Made by a program: the position numbers and the translations under genes
Assembly (NCBI GenBank): GCA_964543385.1
Contig: CAZIYE010000001.1
Span: forward strand, 60,001-92,000
Direction: 5' to 3'
Length of the DNA stretch: 32,000 bases
Origin: an uncultured Candidatus Saccharibacteria bacterium
GTDB taxonomy: Bacteria; Patescibacteriota; UBA1384; XYA2-FULL-43-10; 1-14-0-10-43-13
The notes under the pieces: generated by a model
Told to the model about the DNA's origin: nothing
Databases searched by the model: none
Seen by the model: only the letters and a program-made list of their open reading frames with translations
Part shown: positions 16,983-25,304 of the stretch, one piece after another
Numbering within the stretch: position 1 is the stretch's first letter
Layout of the letters: the number at the start of each line of letters is the position of its first letter

Positions 16983-17032
16983 AAGACCAGAGTAGTTAAA
17001 ACTACAATCTTAACTCTTCTGGTCTTTTTTTA
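16983..17032 (+). terminator. Rho-independent terminator
   Basis: AAGACCAGAGTAGTTAA ... TTAACTCTTCTGGTCTT followed by TTTTT. 17-bp stem with two internal mismatches. Confidence 0.8.
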
Positions 17033-17034
17033 TT

Positions 17035-17068
17035 TCCTAAGCGTATTCTCAGGAGACTCCTATATTAT
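17035..17068 (+). promoter_or_regulatory. Putative regulated promoter of the small secreted protein gene (site B)
   Basis: TCCTAAG-CGTA-TTCTCAG (11-bp period), then 10 nt, then TATTAT. Shares the element at sites A and C. Confidence 0.55.
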
Positions 17069-17111
17069 CAATATAGGTCGATAAGTTGAGGGTAATAATT
17101 AAGGAGAAAAA

Positions 17112-17570
17112 ATGAATAAAAAAGTAATCTTTCCTGCGGTTGCAATCGGAACTTTGGCTCTGGCTGGGGTTATCTGGTTTGGCAACATGCAGGCACAAGC
17201 AGCATCTACAAATAGCGATACATTGATCGATAAAATTGCTCAAAAATTCAATGTACCGAAAGATCAAGTCCAAGCAACATTTGACGAAGTTCGAACAGAG
17301 CGACAGCAAGTAAGAAAGGCTGAACAAGATGCCAAACTCGAACAAGCAGTCAAAGATGGAGTAATCACACAGGAACAAAGAGATAAATTGGTAGCAAAGC
17401 GAGACGAAATGCGCGCTAGTAGAAAACAAAATAGGGAAGAAATGGATCAGTGGTTCAAAGATAATGGAATCGATCACAGCAAACTAATCCCATATATGGG
17501 AGGCGGACAAGGTGGTCGTGGCCATGGAAGAAACATAGGATCTATGCACCAAGGTAATCTAGAAAGCTAA
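17112..17570 (+). CDS. Small secreted/periplasmic charged helical protein, 152 aa (signal peptide, DUF2680/CpxP-like character)
   Basis: N-terminal signal MNKKVIFPAVAIGTLALAGVIWFGNMQAQAA, helical charged body, Gly/His-rich tail GGGQGGRGHGR. RBS AAGGAG. Confidence 0.75.
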   Translation: MNKKVIFPAVAIGTLALAGVIWFGNMQAQAASTNSDTLIDKIAQKFNVPKDQVQATFDEVRTERQQVRKAEQDAKLEQAVKDGVITQEQRDKLVAKRDEMRASRKQNREEMDQWFKDNGIDHSKLIPYMGGGQGGRGHGRNIGSMHQGNLES

Positions 17571-17578
17571 ACACATAA

Positions 17579-17606
17579 AACCCCTCCACCCCCTCGGAGG
17601 GGTTTT
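17579..17606 (+). terminator. Rho-independent terminator
   Basis: AACCCCTCC / GGAGGGGTT stem followed by a short T-tract. Confidence 0.8.
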
Positions 17607-17608
17607 AT

Positions 17609-17643
17609 TATTAAGCTATTTCTCAGAAATAATAGATTATAAT
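17609..17643 (+). promoter_or_regulatory. Putative regulated promoter of the ABC transporter operon (site C)
   Basis: TATTAAG-CTAT-TTCTCAG (11-bp period), then 11 nt, then TATAAT at 17638-17643. Confidence 0.6.
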
Positions 17644-17673
17644 AAAAAGATAACCATTAAAACAAGGTAAATC

Positions 17674-19032
17674 ATGGGAATAATCAGCCGAGGCATAAAA
17701 AATGCTTTCAGAAATGGAATTCGGACCACATCAATTATTTTTATACTAGCGGTGAGTATCAGCATGGCTCTGATTATGCTGATGGCAATGAAAACTGTTC
17801 AGTCTAAAATCACTAGTGTCAAAAGCTCAATAGGTAACAATATTACTATTATGCCGGCAGGAGTAAGAGGATTTGAGGGCGGAGGAGAGGCTCTAACCGA
17901 CACGGATGTATCAGCGCTCGCCGCCCTACCTCATATAAATAAAATAGTAAAAACAATCTCCGACCGTCTAACTACTGAGGATACGAATTTAGTTTCGGCT
18001 ATAGAGCCAGGCTCGTTTGGTCAGCGTCAACAAAATAGACAAAACAGGCAATACCAAGGTGGGGGAAATATAGAGCAAAGAGCACCTCAAAACTTTGCAA
18101 TGCCAATAATGGTAACTGGTACAAATGATTTGTCTTCCACAGCCAGCTTAAACGCCAGTAAATTTGACGTAATTTCCGGCACAAGGATGGATGCAAATTC
18201 CAATGAAAATATAGCAATGGTTGGCACAGAATTAGCCACAAAAAATAATCTGTCCATTGATACGATATTTAAAGCTTATGGACAAGATGTGAAATTAATT
18301 GGCATATTCGATGCTGGAAATAAATTTGCCAACTCTACGGTAGTTATGCCGGTAGCAACATTACAGAAATTATCGGCCCAGACAGATCAAATAACTTCTA
18401 TTATAATTCAAGCTGACTCAATAGACTCTGTCACAACTCTACAAAATGATATTAAGGCCAAACTTGGAGATAAGGCTGATGTAACTTCACAGCAAGATAG
18501 CTCAAACGATGCAGTAAAACCACTTGAAAATATCAAAACAGTTTCTCTGTATAGTTTAATTGGTTCTCTTATCGCTGGATCAATAATAATTCTCCTAACT
18601 ATGATAATGATTGTCAGAGAACGAAGGAGAGAAATAGGGGTCCTTAAAGCGATAGGATCATCTAATATTGGCATCATGGCCATGTTTACAGTAGAATCTC
18701 TTGTTTTGACTTTGACAAGCAGTATCGCAGGCATTGTCTTTGGTCTGATTTTCAGTAACCCAGTATTGAAAGTCTTAGTGAACAACTCCGCAACAGCAAC
18801 TTCAGTAGCTCCAGAGCATATCGGAGGTGGGACAGGAAGAATAATGATGCGTATGGGCGGTGATGCTGTTAATAGCGCCCAAAATACATTAAAAGAACTA
18901 AATAATGTTGTTGGATGGGACATTATCCTTTATGGCTTGTTAGCTGCGGTTATTATCGCAATTATCGGCAGTTCAATACCTGCTTTCTTTATTTCAAAAA
19001 TTAGACCAGCCGAGGTCATGAGAGCAGAATAA
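17674..19032 (+). CDS. ABC transporter permease, MacB/FtsX family
   Basis: Four TM topology: N-term GIRTTSIIFILAVSISMALIMLM, large extracytoplasmic domain, C-term VSLYSLIGSLIAGSIIILLTMIMIVRERRREIGVLKAIGSSNIGIMAMF...KIRPAEVMRAE. Confidence 0.92.
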   Translation: MGIISRGIKNAFRNGIRTTSIIFILAVSISMALIMLMAMKTVQSKITSVKSSIGNNITIMPAGVRGFEGGGEALTDTDVSALAALPHINKIVKTISDRLTTEDTNLVSAIEPGSFGQRQQNRQNRQYQGGGNIEQRAPQNFAMPIMVTGTNDLSSTASLNASKFDVISGTRMDANSNENIAMVGTELATKNNLSIDTIFKAYGQDVKLIGIFDAGNKFANSTVVMPVATLQKLSAQTDQITSIIIQADSIDSVTTLQNDIKAKLGDKADVTSQQDSSNDAVKPLENIKTVSLYSLIGSLIAGSIIILLTMIMIVRERRREIGVLKAIGSSNIGIMAMFTVESLVLTLTSSIAGIVFGLIFSNPVLKVLVNNSATATSVAPEHIGGGTGRIMMRMGGDAVNSAQNTLKELNNVVGWDIILYGLLAAVIIAIIGSSIPAFFISKIRPAEVMRAE

Positions 19033-19051
19033 TTAATATTAGGGATATCAA

Positions 19052-19720
19052 ATGCTAAAAATAACAAATTTAATAAAAGAATTTCAATCCGGTGATAGCA
19101 AGGTAAGAGCGATAGATAATATTAGCCTCGAAATACCGACCGGCGTTTTTTCAACAATCGTTGGTAAAAGTGGTAGTGGTAAAAGCACACTTCTTTCCCT
19201 TCTGGGAGCACTAGACAAACCATCGTCAGGCACTATTGATGTCGATGGAGAGGATATCTCTAAAATGGGTGATTCCAAACTAATCAAATATCGCAGAGAC
19301 AAGATAGGTTTTGTCTTTCAGGGGTATAATCTGATTCCAAACCTATCTGCCCTGGAGAATGTGATGATCCCTTTGGAATTTACTGGAATACCAGCACATG
19401 ATCAAAAAGATAAAGCCGCCAAACTTCTTGTTCAAGTAGGCCTTGATGAAAATAAGCAAAAAAGGAAGCCAGGCCGACTATCAGGAGGAGAACAACAAAG
19501 AGTTGCAATCGCCAGAGCTTTGGCCAACAGACCAAAATTAATTTTAGCCGATGAACCCACGGGCAATTTAGACAGCGCAACAGGAAAAGTTATTATTAAA
19601 CTCTTGAAAGATCTGGCGAAATCGGAAAACACAACTATAGTTGCCGTGACTCATGATGATGGTATTGCAGCAGAAGCCGAACTAACCTTCAGACTTAAAG
19701 ACGGCAAACTTGTAAAATAG
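19052..19720 (+). CDS. ABC transporter ATP-binding protein (LolD/MacB-like)
   Basis: Walker A GKSGSGKSTLLSLLGALD, Q-loop, signature LSGGEQQRVAIARALANRPKLILADEPTGNLDS. Confidence 0.96.
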   Translation: MLKITNLIKEFQSGDSKVRAIDNISLEIPTGVFSTIVGKSGSGKSTLLSLLGALDKPSSGTIDVDGEDISKMGDSKLIKYRRDKIGFVFQGYNLIPNLSALENVMIPLEFTGIPAHDQKDKAAKLLVQVGLDENKQKRKPGRLSGGEQQRVAIARALANRPKLILADEPTGNLDSATGKVIIKLLKDLAKSENTTIVAVTHDDGIAAEAELTFRLKDGKLVK

Positions 19721-19733
19721 GATCGATGGACGA

Positions 19734-20099
19734 TTACTCTTTCTCCATCGCCTCAGCTTTTGTGGCATGGATAGTACCATCTGGATGTTCGGCTGGAGAA
19801 TAAATAGAATAAAGCTTCAAAGGTGTACCACCAGTATTGACAATATTATGTTCAGTTCCTGCAGTGATTACAACTGCCCAATCATCCTCTATTTCATATT
19901 CTTCGTCGTCCAAAATAGCTTTGCCCTCTCCATCTTCTATTCTTATAAATTGATCAACTGTATGCTTTTCCATCCCAATATCTTCACCTGGCTGCAAGCT
20001 CATCACAACAAGCTGGCTATTTGGCCCAGTAAATAAAACCTTGCGGAAATTTTCATTTTCCTCTGTCATTTCTTCGATGTTTCCAACAAATCCCTTCAT
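19734..20099 (-). CDS. Cupin-domain protein
   Basis: VVMSLQPGEDIGMEKHTVDQFIRIEDGEGKAILDDEEYEIEDDWAVVITAGTEHNIVNTGGTPLKLYSIYSPAEH. Confidence 0.88.
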   Translation of the reverse strand: MKGFVGNIEEMTEENENFRKVLFTGPNSQLVVMSLQPGEDIGMEKHTVDQFIRIEDGEGKAILDDEEYEIEDDWAVVITAGTEHNIVNTGGTPLKLYSIYSPAEHPDGTIHATKAEAMEKE

Positions 20100-20230
20100 A
20101 AGAACTCCTTTTTTAAATAATAACTCTCAATTTAACTGATAGTAATCCGAAAATCACTAGAATATAAGATAATTGATATGGAAAAATATTTAGCAAGAGC
20201 TATAATAAAGAAATATAAAAAAGGAGCCCA

Positions 20231-20455
20231 ATGGTCGAAGAAAAAAAGACAGAGTGTTGCGATCCAAAAAAATGGCATCGTTCTCGCAGTACCAACGAAA
20301 ATTGGGGGGCAGTTTATTTTCTCGGTATAATTGGTGTAGCAGTGTATTATGTTCAACAAGTTAGCGGATTCTGGCCTGTCGTTCTAGCAATTTTAAAAGC
20401 CATCGTCTGGCCAGCTTTTTTACTTCATAAAGTATTCTCGATGCTAAATATGTAA
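20231..20455 (+). CDS. Small membrane protein with N-terminal CCDPKKWHR motif
   Basis: MVEEKKTECCDPKKWHRSRSTNENWGAVYFLGIIGVAVYYVQQ...; hydrophobic C-terminal half. Confidence 0.7.
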   Translation: MVEEKKTECCDPKKWHRSRSTNENWGAVYFLGIIGVAVYYVQQVSGFWPVVLAILKAIVWPAFLLHKVFSMLNM

Positions 20456-20527
20456 TATAAATATTGAAAAATATTAGAAAATCATATTTGAAACAGTTGA
20501 AAGAATTACAAGATACAAAGGAACAGA

Positions 20528-21148
20528 ATGTCTAAAAAAGATTATAAAAAAGAGTTAAAGGAATTTTACAATCCTTCCACCAAAGAGGTTTCGGAAGTGG
20601 TTGTGCCAAAAATGAATTATATTATGATTGATGGCAAGGGTGACCCCAATACAGCCAAGGAATATGCTGACTCTATCCAAACACTCTATCCAGTAGCATA
20701 CACAATCAAATTTGCGATCAAAAAGGCAACTGGCTTTGACTTTGGTGTTATGCCACTCGAAGGACTGTGGTGGTCGGACGATATGAATGATTTTGTTCTT
20801 GGCAAAAAGGATAATTGGCATTGGACCTCAATGATTATGCAGCCAGACATCGTCACCAAAGAGATATTTGATAAAGCAGTGGCCGAAGTCAAAGAGAAAA
20901 AGAATCCTGCTTTAATTGATAAAATTTGCTTCGAATCATACGAGGAGGGGAGATCAGCCCAGATCATGCACGTTGGCCCGTTTGCCGATGAAGGACCAAA
21001 TATCAAGAGAATTCATGAATATATCACTGCAGTCGGTGGTAAATTTGACGGCAAAGGTCAACAAAAACACCATGAAATCTATCTCTCGGACTTCCGCAAA
21101 ACTGCACCAGAGAAGTTAAAAACAGTCATTCGCCAATCGTTCAAATAA
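20528..21148 (+). CDS. GyrI-like small-molecule-binding domain protein
   Basis: NYIMIDGKGDPNTAKEYADSIQTLYPVAYTIKF...LEGLWW...SAQIMHVGPFADEGPNIKRIHEYITAVGGK...HHEIYLSDFRKTAPEKLKTVIRQ. Confidence 0.88.
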   Translation: MSKKDYKKELKEFYNPSTKEVSEVVVPKMNYIMIDGKGDPNTAKEYADSIQTLYPVAYTIKFAIKKATGFDFGVMPLEGLWWSDDMNDFVLGKKDNWHWTSMIMQPDIVTKEIFDKAVAEVKEKKNPALIDKICFESYEEGRSAQIMHVGPFADEGPNIKRIHEYITAVGGKFDGKGQQKHHEIYLSDFRKTAPEKLKTVIRQSFK

Positions 21149-21530
21149 CTACTCAATAAAAAAATCAATCTTTTGCATCCATTGACAAAATAACAAATAT
21201 AGAGTATGATTAATGTATCGTTCAGTAAGAACTCTCTGTATCCAGTATCTTTATCGATCTCTATACCTAGCCGTTACATCGGACATTTTGTCTGATATAC
21301 ACGGAAAAGTACTCTCTTTGCGAATAAGCTGATCTTTGAGCCCATTCAGGGCAAGTTTTCAATCCTACATAATTTCTAGCAATATAATTTGCTATTTGTA
21401 AGCACTTCGAGACTACAATCAAAGTTAGCTATTTGTTAAGAACTATTCGAATAATCAAGTCCCAATCAAACTTGAGATGATACCTATTCTTATATACTCC
21501 CGGATTTATTAATTAATTCCTTATTTTTTT

Positions 21531-22724
21531 ATGGCAGAAAAACAGTCTAAATATAAGAAAAATCTATTTTTTCTCACATTACACTTCGTTTTTGCAAAAC
21601 GGATTACCGGTCCGATTATGATGCTATTGTATCAGGCGTTTGGCCTGAACTATAGCCAAATCGGCACCCTTGCAGCAATCACAACCCTTTCAGACGCTTC
21701 GCTAGAAATATACGGCGGAGCTTTTTCTGATGTTTATGGCCGTAAAAAGTGTTCTTTATTGTATGCACTTCTCGCGATGGGCAACATGGCAATTTTTGCT
21801 TTTGGTCATTCATTCCTCCATTTCGCGATAGGAAATGCAGTCTATGGCGCCGCTATCGCGATCGGATCAGGCAATGCAAGTGCGTTGCTCTTTGACACGC
21901 TCCAAGTACTTAAAATGGAAAACAAATATAAGAAGTATCGAGGACGGATGCAAGCAGCTGCAAAACTTCTGAACGGACTAATTATTCTTTGTCTACCATT
22001 TCTTTATATGAAAAATATTAGATTCCCGTTCTATTTAGGATTTGGCCTATACTTAATCGCATTCATCACTGCATTGTTTCTAAAGGAAACGCCCAGACCA
22101 AAGGCTGATAAAAGAGTAGGAATCGTCAGTACAGCGGTCAACTCATTCAAAGAAATATTTTCGAATAAAAAGATTATGTTTATTATCGCTTTCCAATCGG
22201 TCTGGACTGGTTTTGCTTTGCTCTTCTTTGAATATTTTCAGCCAATCATCAAGATAGCTGGCATGCCATTGATATATTTCGGCATTATCTACACTTTCGC
22301 AAGAATATTTGAGGGATTGGGCAGTGCTATTATTCACAAATTCGAGCATCACTCAAACCGGAAATTATTATTAGCAAATGTTCTAATGTTGATCACGGCC
22401 CTCGCAGGATTTGCATTTAGCCATAGCTACTTACTCCTTGCTTTTATTATGATCGGCTGTATGGCTGATGGTATTGCCGATGTCATTCAAAGTGAGATTA
22501 TGAACAATAATATCAGTTCAGCAAATCGCACGACAATAATCTCCGCAGCCAATGTATTCAACGGCTTTTTTACCTCGTTAGCACTTTTTTCGTTTGGCAT
22601 CGCCAGCGATAGAATAGGAGTTCAGAAAATGTTTGGATGGGCAGCCATAATTTTTGTATTTTTGATAATTATTCTTTTTATTGTTATGAAAGCTAAAACT
22701 AACTTCAAGAGCTTGAATTCATAA
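21531..22724 (+). CDS. MFS transporter
   Basis: About 12 TM segments, with FSDVYGRKKCSLLYAL motif between TM2 and TM3. Confidence 0.9.
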   Translation: MAEKQSKYKKNLFFLTLHFVFAKRITGPIMMLLYQAFGLNYSQIGTLAAITTLSDASLEIYGGAFSDVYGRKKCSLLYALLAMGNMAIFAFGHSFLHFAIGNAVYGAAIAIGSGNASALLFDTLQVLKMENKYKKYRGRMQAAAKLLNGLIILCLPFLYMKNIRFPFYLGFGLYLIAFITALFLKETPRPKADKRVGIVSTAVNSFKEIFSNKKIMFIIAFQSVWTGFALLFFEYFQPIIKIAGMPLIYFGIIYTFARIFEGLGSAIIHKFEHHSNRKLLLANVLMLITALAGFAFSHSYLLLAFIMIGCMADGIADVIQSEIMNNNISSANRTTIISAANVFNGFFTSLALFSFGIASDRIGVQKMFGWAAIIFVFLIIILFIVMKAKTNFKSLNS

Positions 22725-22766
22725 AGCTATTAAACTAAACTTCTATTATTAAAGTCGGACACATCA

Positions 22767-23417
22767 ATGCAAAAAATCAGTAAAATTTATCAGAAATACA
22801 AAATAATGCCCCAGCTTCAGGAGCACCAGTTTCGTGTTGCTGCTTTAGCCAAATCTATTTGTGATCAGCTCGAAAATCTCATTGACACAGATACAGTGAT
22901 AAAAGCTTGTCTTATTCATGATATGGGCAATATATTAAAATTTGACCTAAATATATTTCCTGAATTTTTAAAACCAGAAGGCTTGGAGTACTGGGAAACA
23001 GTGAAACAAGAGACTGCCAAAAAATATAAAACAAATGATGAGCATATTGCCACCAAAATGATCGCCAAAGAGCTAAATGTCTCATCTGAAGTTATGCAGT
23101 GTCTGGATGCTATTGGATTTTCAAAGATCAGGAATAATCTCTCAACTACAAGTTTTGAGGAAAAAATTTGTTGTTATGCCGACCAACGATTAGCCCCTTT
23201 TGGTGTAGTCTCGATAGAGGAAAGAATGGCAGAAGGAAAGAAAAGATATGCAAACAGCACTAGAGTTATGTTAAATCCATTAAATTTTGATATTTTATTT
23301 GAGGATTTAAAACAACTTGAAAAACAAATTTTTGTACAGACTAGAATATTGCCGACTAATGTTACAGACACGTCAATTCAAACAGCTATCACAAAGTTAA
23401 GGGATTATTCAATCTAA
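22767..23417 (+). CDS. HD-domain phosphohydrolase-like protein
   Basis: LQEHQFRVAALAKSICDQL...KACLIHDMGNILKF.... Confidence 0.8.
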   Translation: MQKISKIYQKYKIMPQLQEHQFRVAALAKSICDQLENLIDTDTVIKACLIHDMGNILKFDLNIFPEFLKPEGLEYWETVKQETAKKYKTNDEHIATKMIAKELNVSSEVMQCLDAIGFSKIRNNLSTTSFEEKICCYADQRLAPFGVVSIEERMAEGKKRYANSTRVMLNPLNFDILFEDLKQLEKQIFVQTRILPTNVTDTSIQTAITKLRDYSI

Positions 23418-23434
23418 ATAAATATATTTGAACT

Positions 23435-24049
23435 ATGAAAGAAATAATTTTTGGAACTACAAATTCTGCCAAGATCGCCCATGTTCAGGCGGCTCTTGAT
23501 CCACTTGGAGTAAAAGTCAGAGGCATTGGAGAATTCGGCCAGTTCCCGGATTTAGAGGAAGATGGCAAAACTCCGCAAGAAAATTCCCGCAAGAAAGCAA
23601 TTTATTATTCTTCGCAAATTGGGAAGCCGGTATTATCCATGGACATTGCACTTTATTTTGATGGAATAAGCGATGACGAACAACCAGGACTTAATGTACG
23701 TAGAATTACAGGATTTACAGGCAGACCAACAGATGAGGAACTTATTCAATATTATTCGAAATTAATAGAAAAGCATGGCGGAGAAGTGACCGGCCATTGG
23801 GAATTTGCCATGTGCATCGCGTCACCCAATGGGAAGATAAAAGAAGCAACTGCTTTTTCTAGAGACAGATATTTCACAAGCAAAATATCTTCGAAGAGAA
23901 TATCTGGATACCCCCTGACATCCATCCAATTTGATAAGAAATCCAATCAATACATCTCCGAAATGACAAACAAATCACCTGATGATTTCTGGCAAGAATC
24001 CATTGGAAAAGAACTGAGAGAATTATTCGATTCAGTCACGAATATTTAG
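23435..24049 (+). CDS. HAM1/RdgB-like non-canonical purine NTP pyrophosphatase family protein (divergent)
   Basis: IIFGTTNSAKIAHVQAALDPLGVKV...EEDGKTPQENSRKKAIYYSSQIGKPVLSMDIALYFDGI.... Confidence 0.75.
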   Translation: MKEIIFGTTNSAKIAHVQAALDPLGVKVRGIGEFGQFPDLEEDGKTPQENSRKKAIYYSSQIGKPVLSMDIALYFDGISDDEQPGLNVRRITGFTGRPTDEELIQYYSKLIEKHGGEVTGHWEFAMCIASPNGKIKEATAFSRDRYFTSKISSKRISGYPLTSIQFDKKSNQYISEMTNKSPDDFWQESIGKELRELFDSVTNI

Positions 24050-24116
24050 ATAATTACCTTGAATTGCCAACAAATTGACGATAAAATTTTAGTAATAAAT
24101 AATTTTTAGGAGGCTT

Positions 24117-24818
24117 ATGCTATCTTTAATAGTCGCTATCTACTTAATTGGAATAGCATCAATTATTTGGTCATTTATGGATCATGGAGCAATTTTAACT
24201 GCTATAATCGCTGCTGTCTGGGCGGCTCTGCTAGTCACGCTCAAGAAAGTGAAACTTGGTATTCCAGCTGCTATGACTGCCTCTGCCTTTGTCCTAGTAG
24301 CCAGTGTGGTGACAATTCTTACTTACCCTGAGAGAAATGACAAAATAGATCTCAGCGATACCAAAACTGAAGGCAGTCAGGCAGTAGAGAAAAAAGAAGT
24401 TGCCGATCCAGCCGGAACTATATTAGTTGACGGCGGCATAGGCACATTAACAAAAGATAAATATGACTCATATTCTTATATCGCCGAATCAGCCAGAGGC
24501 AAGGAGGCTTATCTAGCGGCAAAGGGAGCAATAGCTTCTTATGAGTTTGAGTCCGCAATAGCAGGAAACTACAAACTATCAGTAAAGCTCTCTGACGATG
24601 CACTACATCTTGATGGCTCAAGAAGCGTAACAATACTCCTAAACAATTCAAAAACCCTCGCTTACTCTCATATTTCCAAAGATACAAAAGGTTGGGAATG
24701 GTTTGACTTAGGCCAAGTAACATTGATTGCTGGTAAAAACACTATCACCTTTACCAAAGATGACACAACATCAGCTGCCTTTGTGATGGATGAATTTAAA
24801 TTTGTGCCACAAAATTAA
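24117..24818 (+). CDS. Membrane-anchored protein with C-terminal carbohydrate-binding-like beta-sandwich domain
   Basis: Three predicted hydrophobic segments, then a soluble domain: YIAESARGKEAYLAAKGAIASYEFESAIAGNYKLSVKLSDDALHLDGSRSVTILLNN...WFDLGQVTLIAGKNTITF...VMDEFKFVP. Confidence 0.6.
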   Translation: MLSLIVAIYLIGIASIIWSFMDHGAILTAIIAAVWAALLVTLKKVKLGIPAAMTASAFVLVASVVTILTYPERNDKIDLSDTKTEGSQAVEKKEVADPAGTILVDGGIGTLTKDKYDSYSYIAESARGKEAYLAAKGAIASYEFESAIAGNYKLSVKLSDDALHLDGSRSVTILLNNSKTLAYSHISKDTKGWEWFDLGQVTLIAGKNTITFTKDDTTSAAFVMDEFKFVPQN

Positions 24819-24830
24819 AAGAGGACAAAA

Positions 24831-25304
24831 ATGACAGAAGAAAAAATGTGTTGCCCAAGGTTTGATCCAAAACCATGGGATGATAAAATTTTCGAGTGGG
24901 AAAACAAAAAATTTATCAAAGGAAAAGTTGCTACCTTTTTATATATGCCGCTTAACTTTGGCAGTGTTATCACAAGATTAAATAACTTGGTTGAAAAAGC
25001 TGGAGCTACTATGCCCCAATGGTTATCCCTTTCCGACCATGCCTCACCCTGGAAAATGGATTTATATCTAGCAGTTGATAAAGAAATCGAGGACGCTGAA
25101 AATATTAATCTTTCCGGCAAATTTTTGAGCAAAGTCTACGAGGGAGATTTCAAGGAGACAGCCAAGTGGGGCGAAGACTTCAAAAAATATGCCGATGGTA
25201 AAAATTTGAAGATAAAGAAGTGGTACATGTGGTATACAACGTGTCCAAAATGCGCTAAAAAATACGGCAAGAATTATGTTGTTACAATTGCGGAAGTGGA
25301 ATGA
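24831..25304 (+). CDS. Conserved protein with N-terminal CCPRFDPKPWD motif and GyrI-like C-terminal region
   Basis: MCCPRFDPKPWDDKIFEWENKKF...MDLYLAVDKEIE...YEGDFKETAKWGEDFKKYADGKNLKIKKWYMWYTTCPKCAKKYGKNYVVTIAEV. Overlaps the next gene by 4 nt. Confidence 0.7.
   Translation: MTEEKMCCPRFDPKPWDDKIFEWENKKFIKGKVATFLYMPLNFGSVITRLNNLVEKAGATMPQWLSLSDHASPWKMDLYLAVDKEIEDAENINLSGKFLSKVYEGDFKETAKWGEDFKKYADGKNLKIKKWYMWYTTCPKCAKKYGKNYVVTIAEVE

Noticed and set aside
17049-17477. 142-aa minus-strand ORF opposite the secreted-protein gene
   Set aside because: Low-complexity, Cys/Phe/Leu-rich antisense shadow of a real gene with signal peptide, RBS and terminator.
20132-20359. 75-aa minus ORF
   Set aside because: Antisense to the start of the CCDPKKW membrane-protein gene, with no RBS or family resemblance.
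24418-24723. 101-aa minus-strand ORF
   Set aside because: Antisense shadow of the CBM-like gene with no coding signature.
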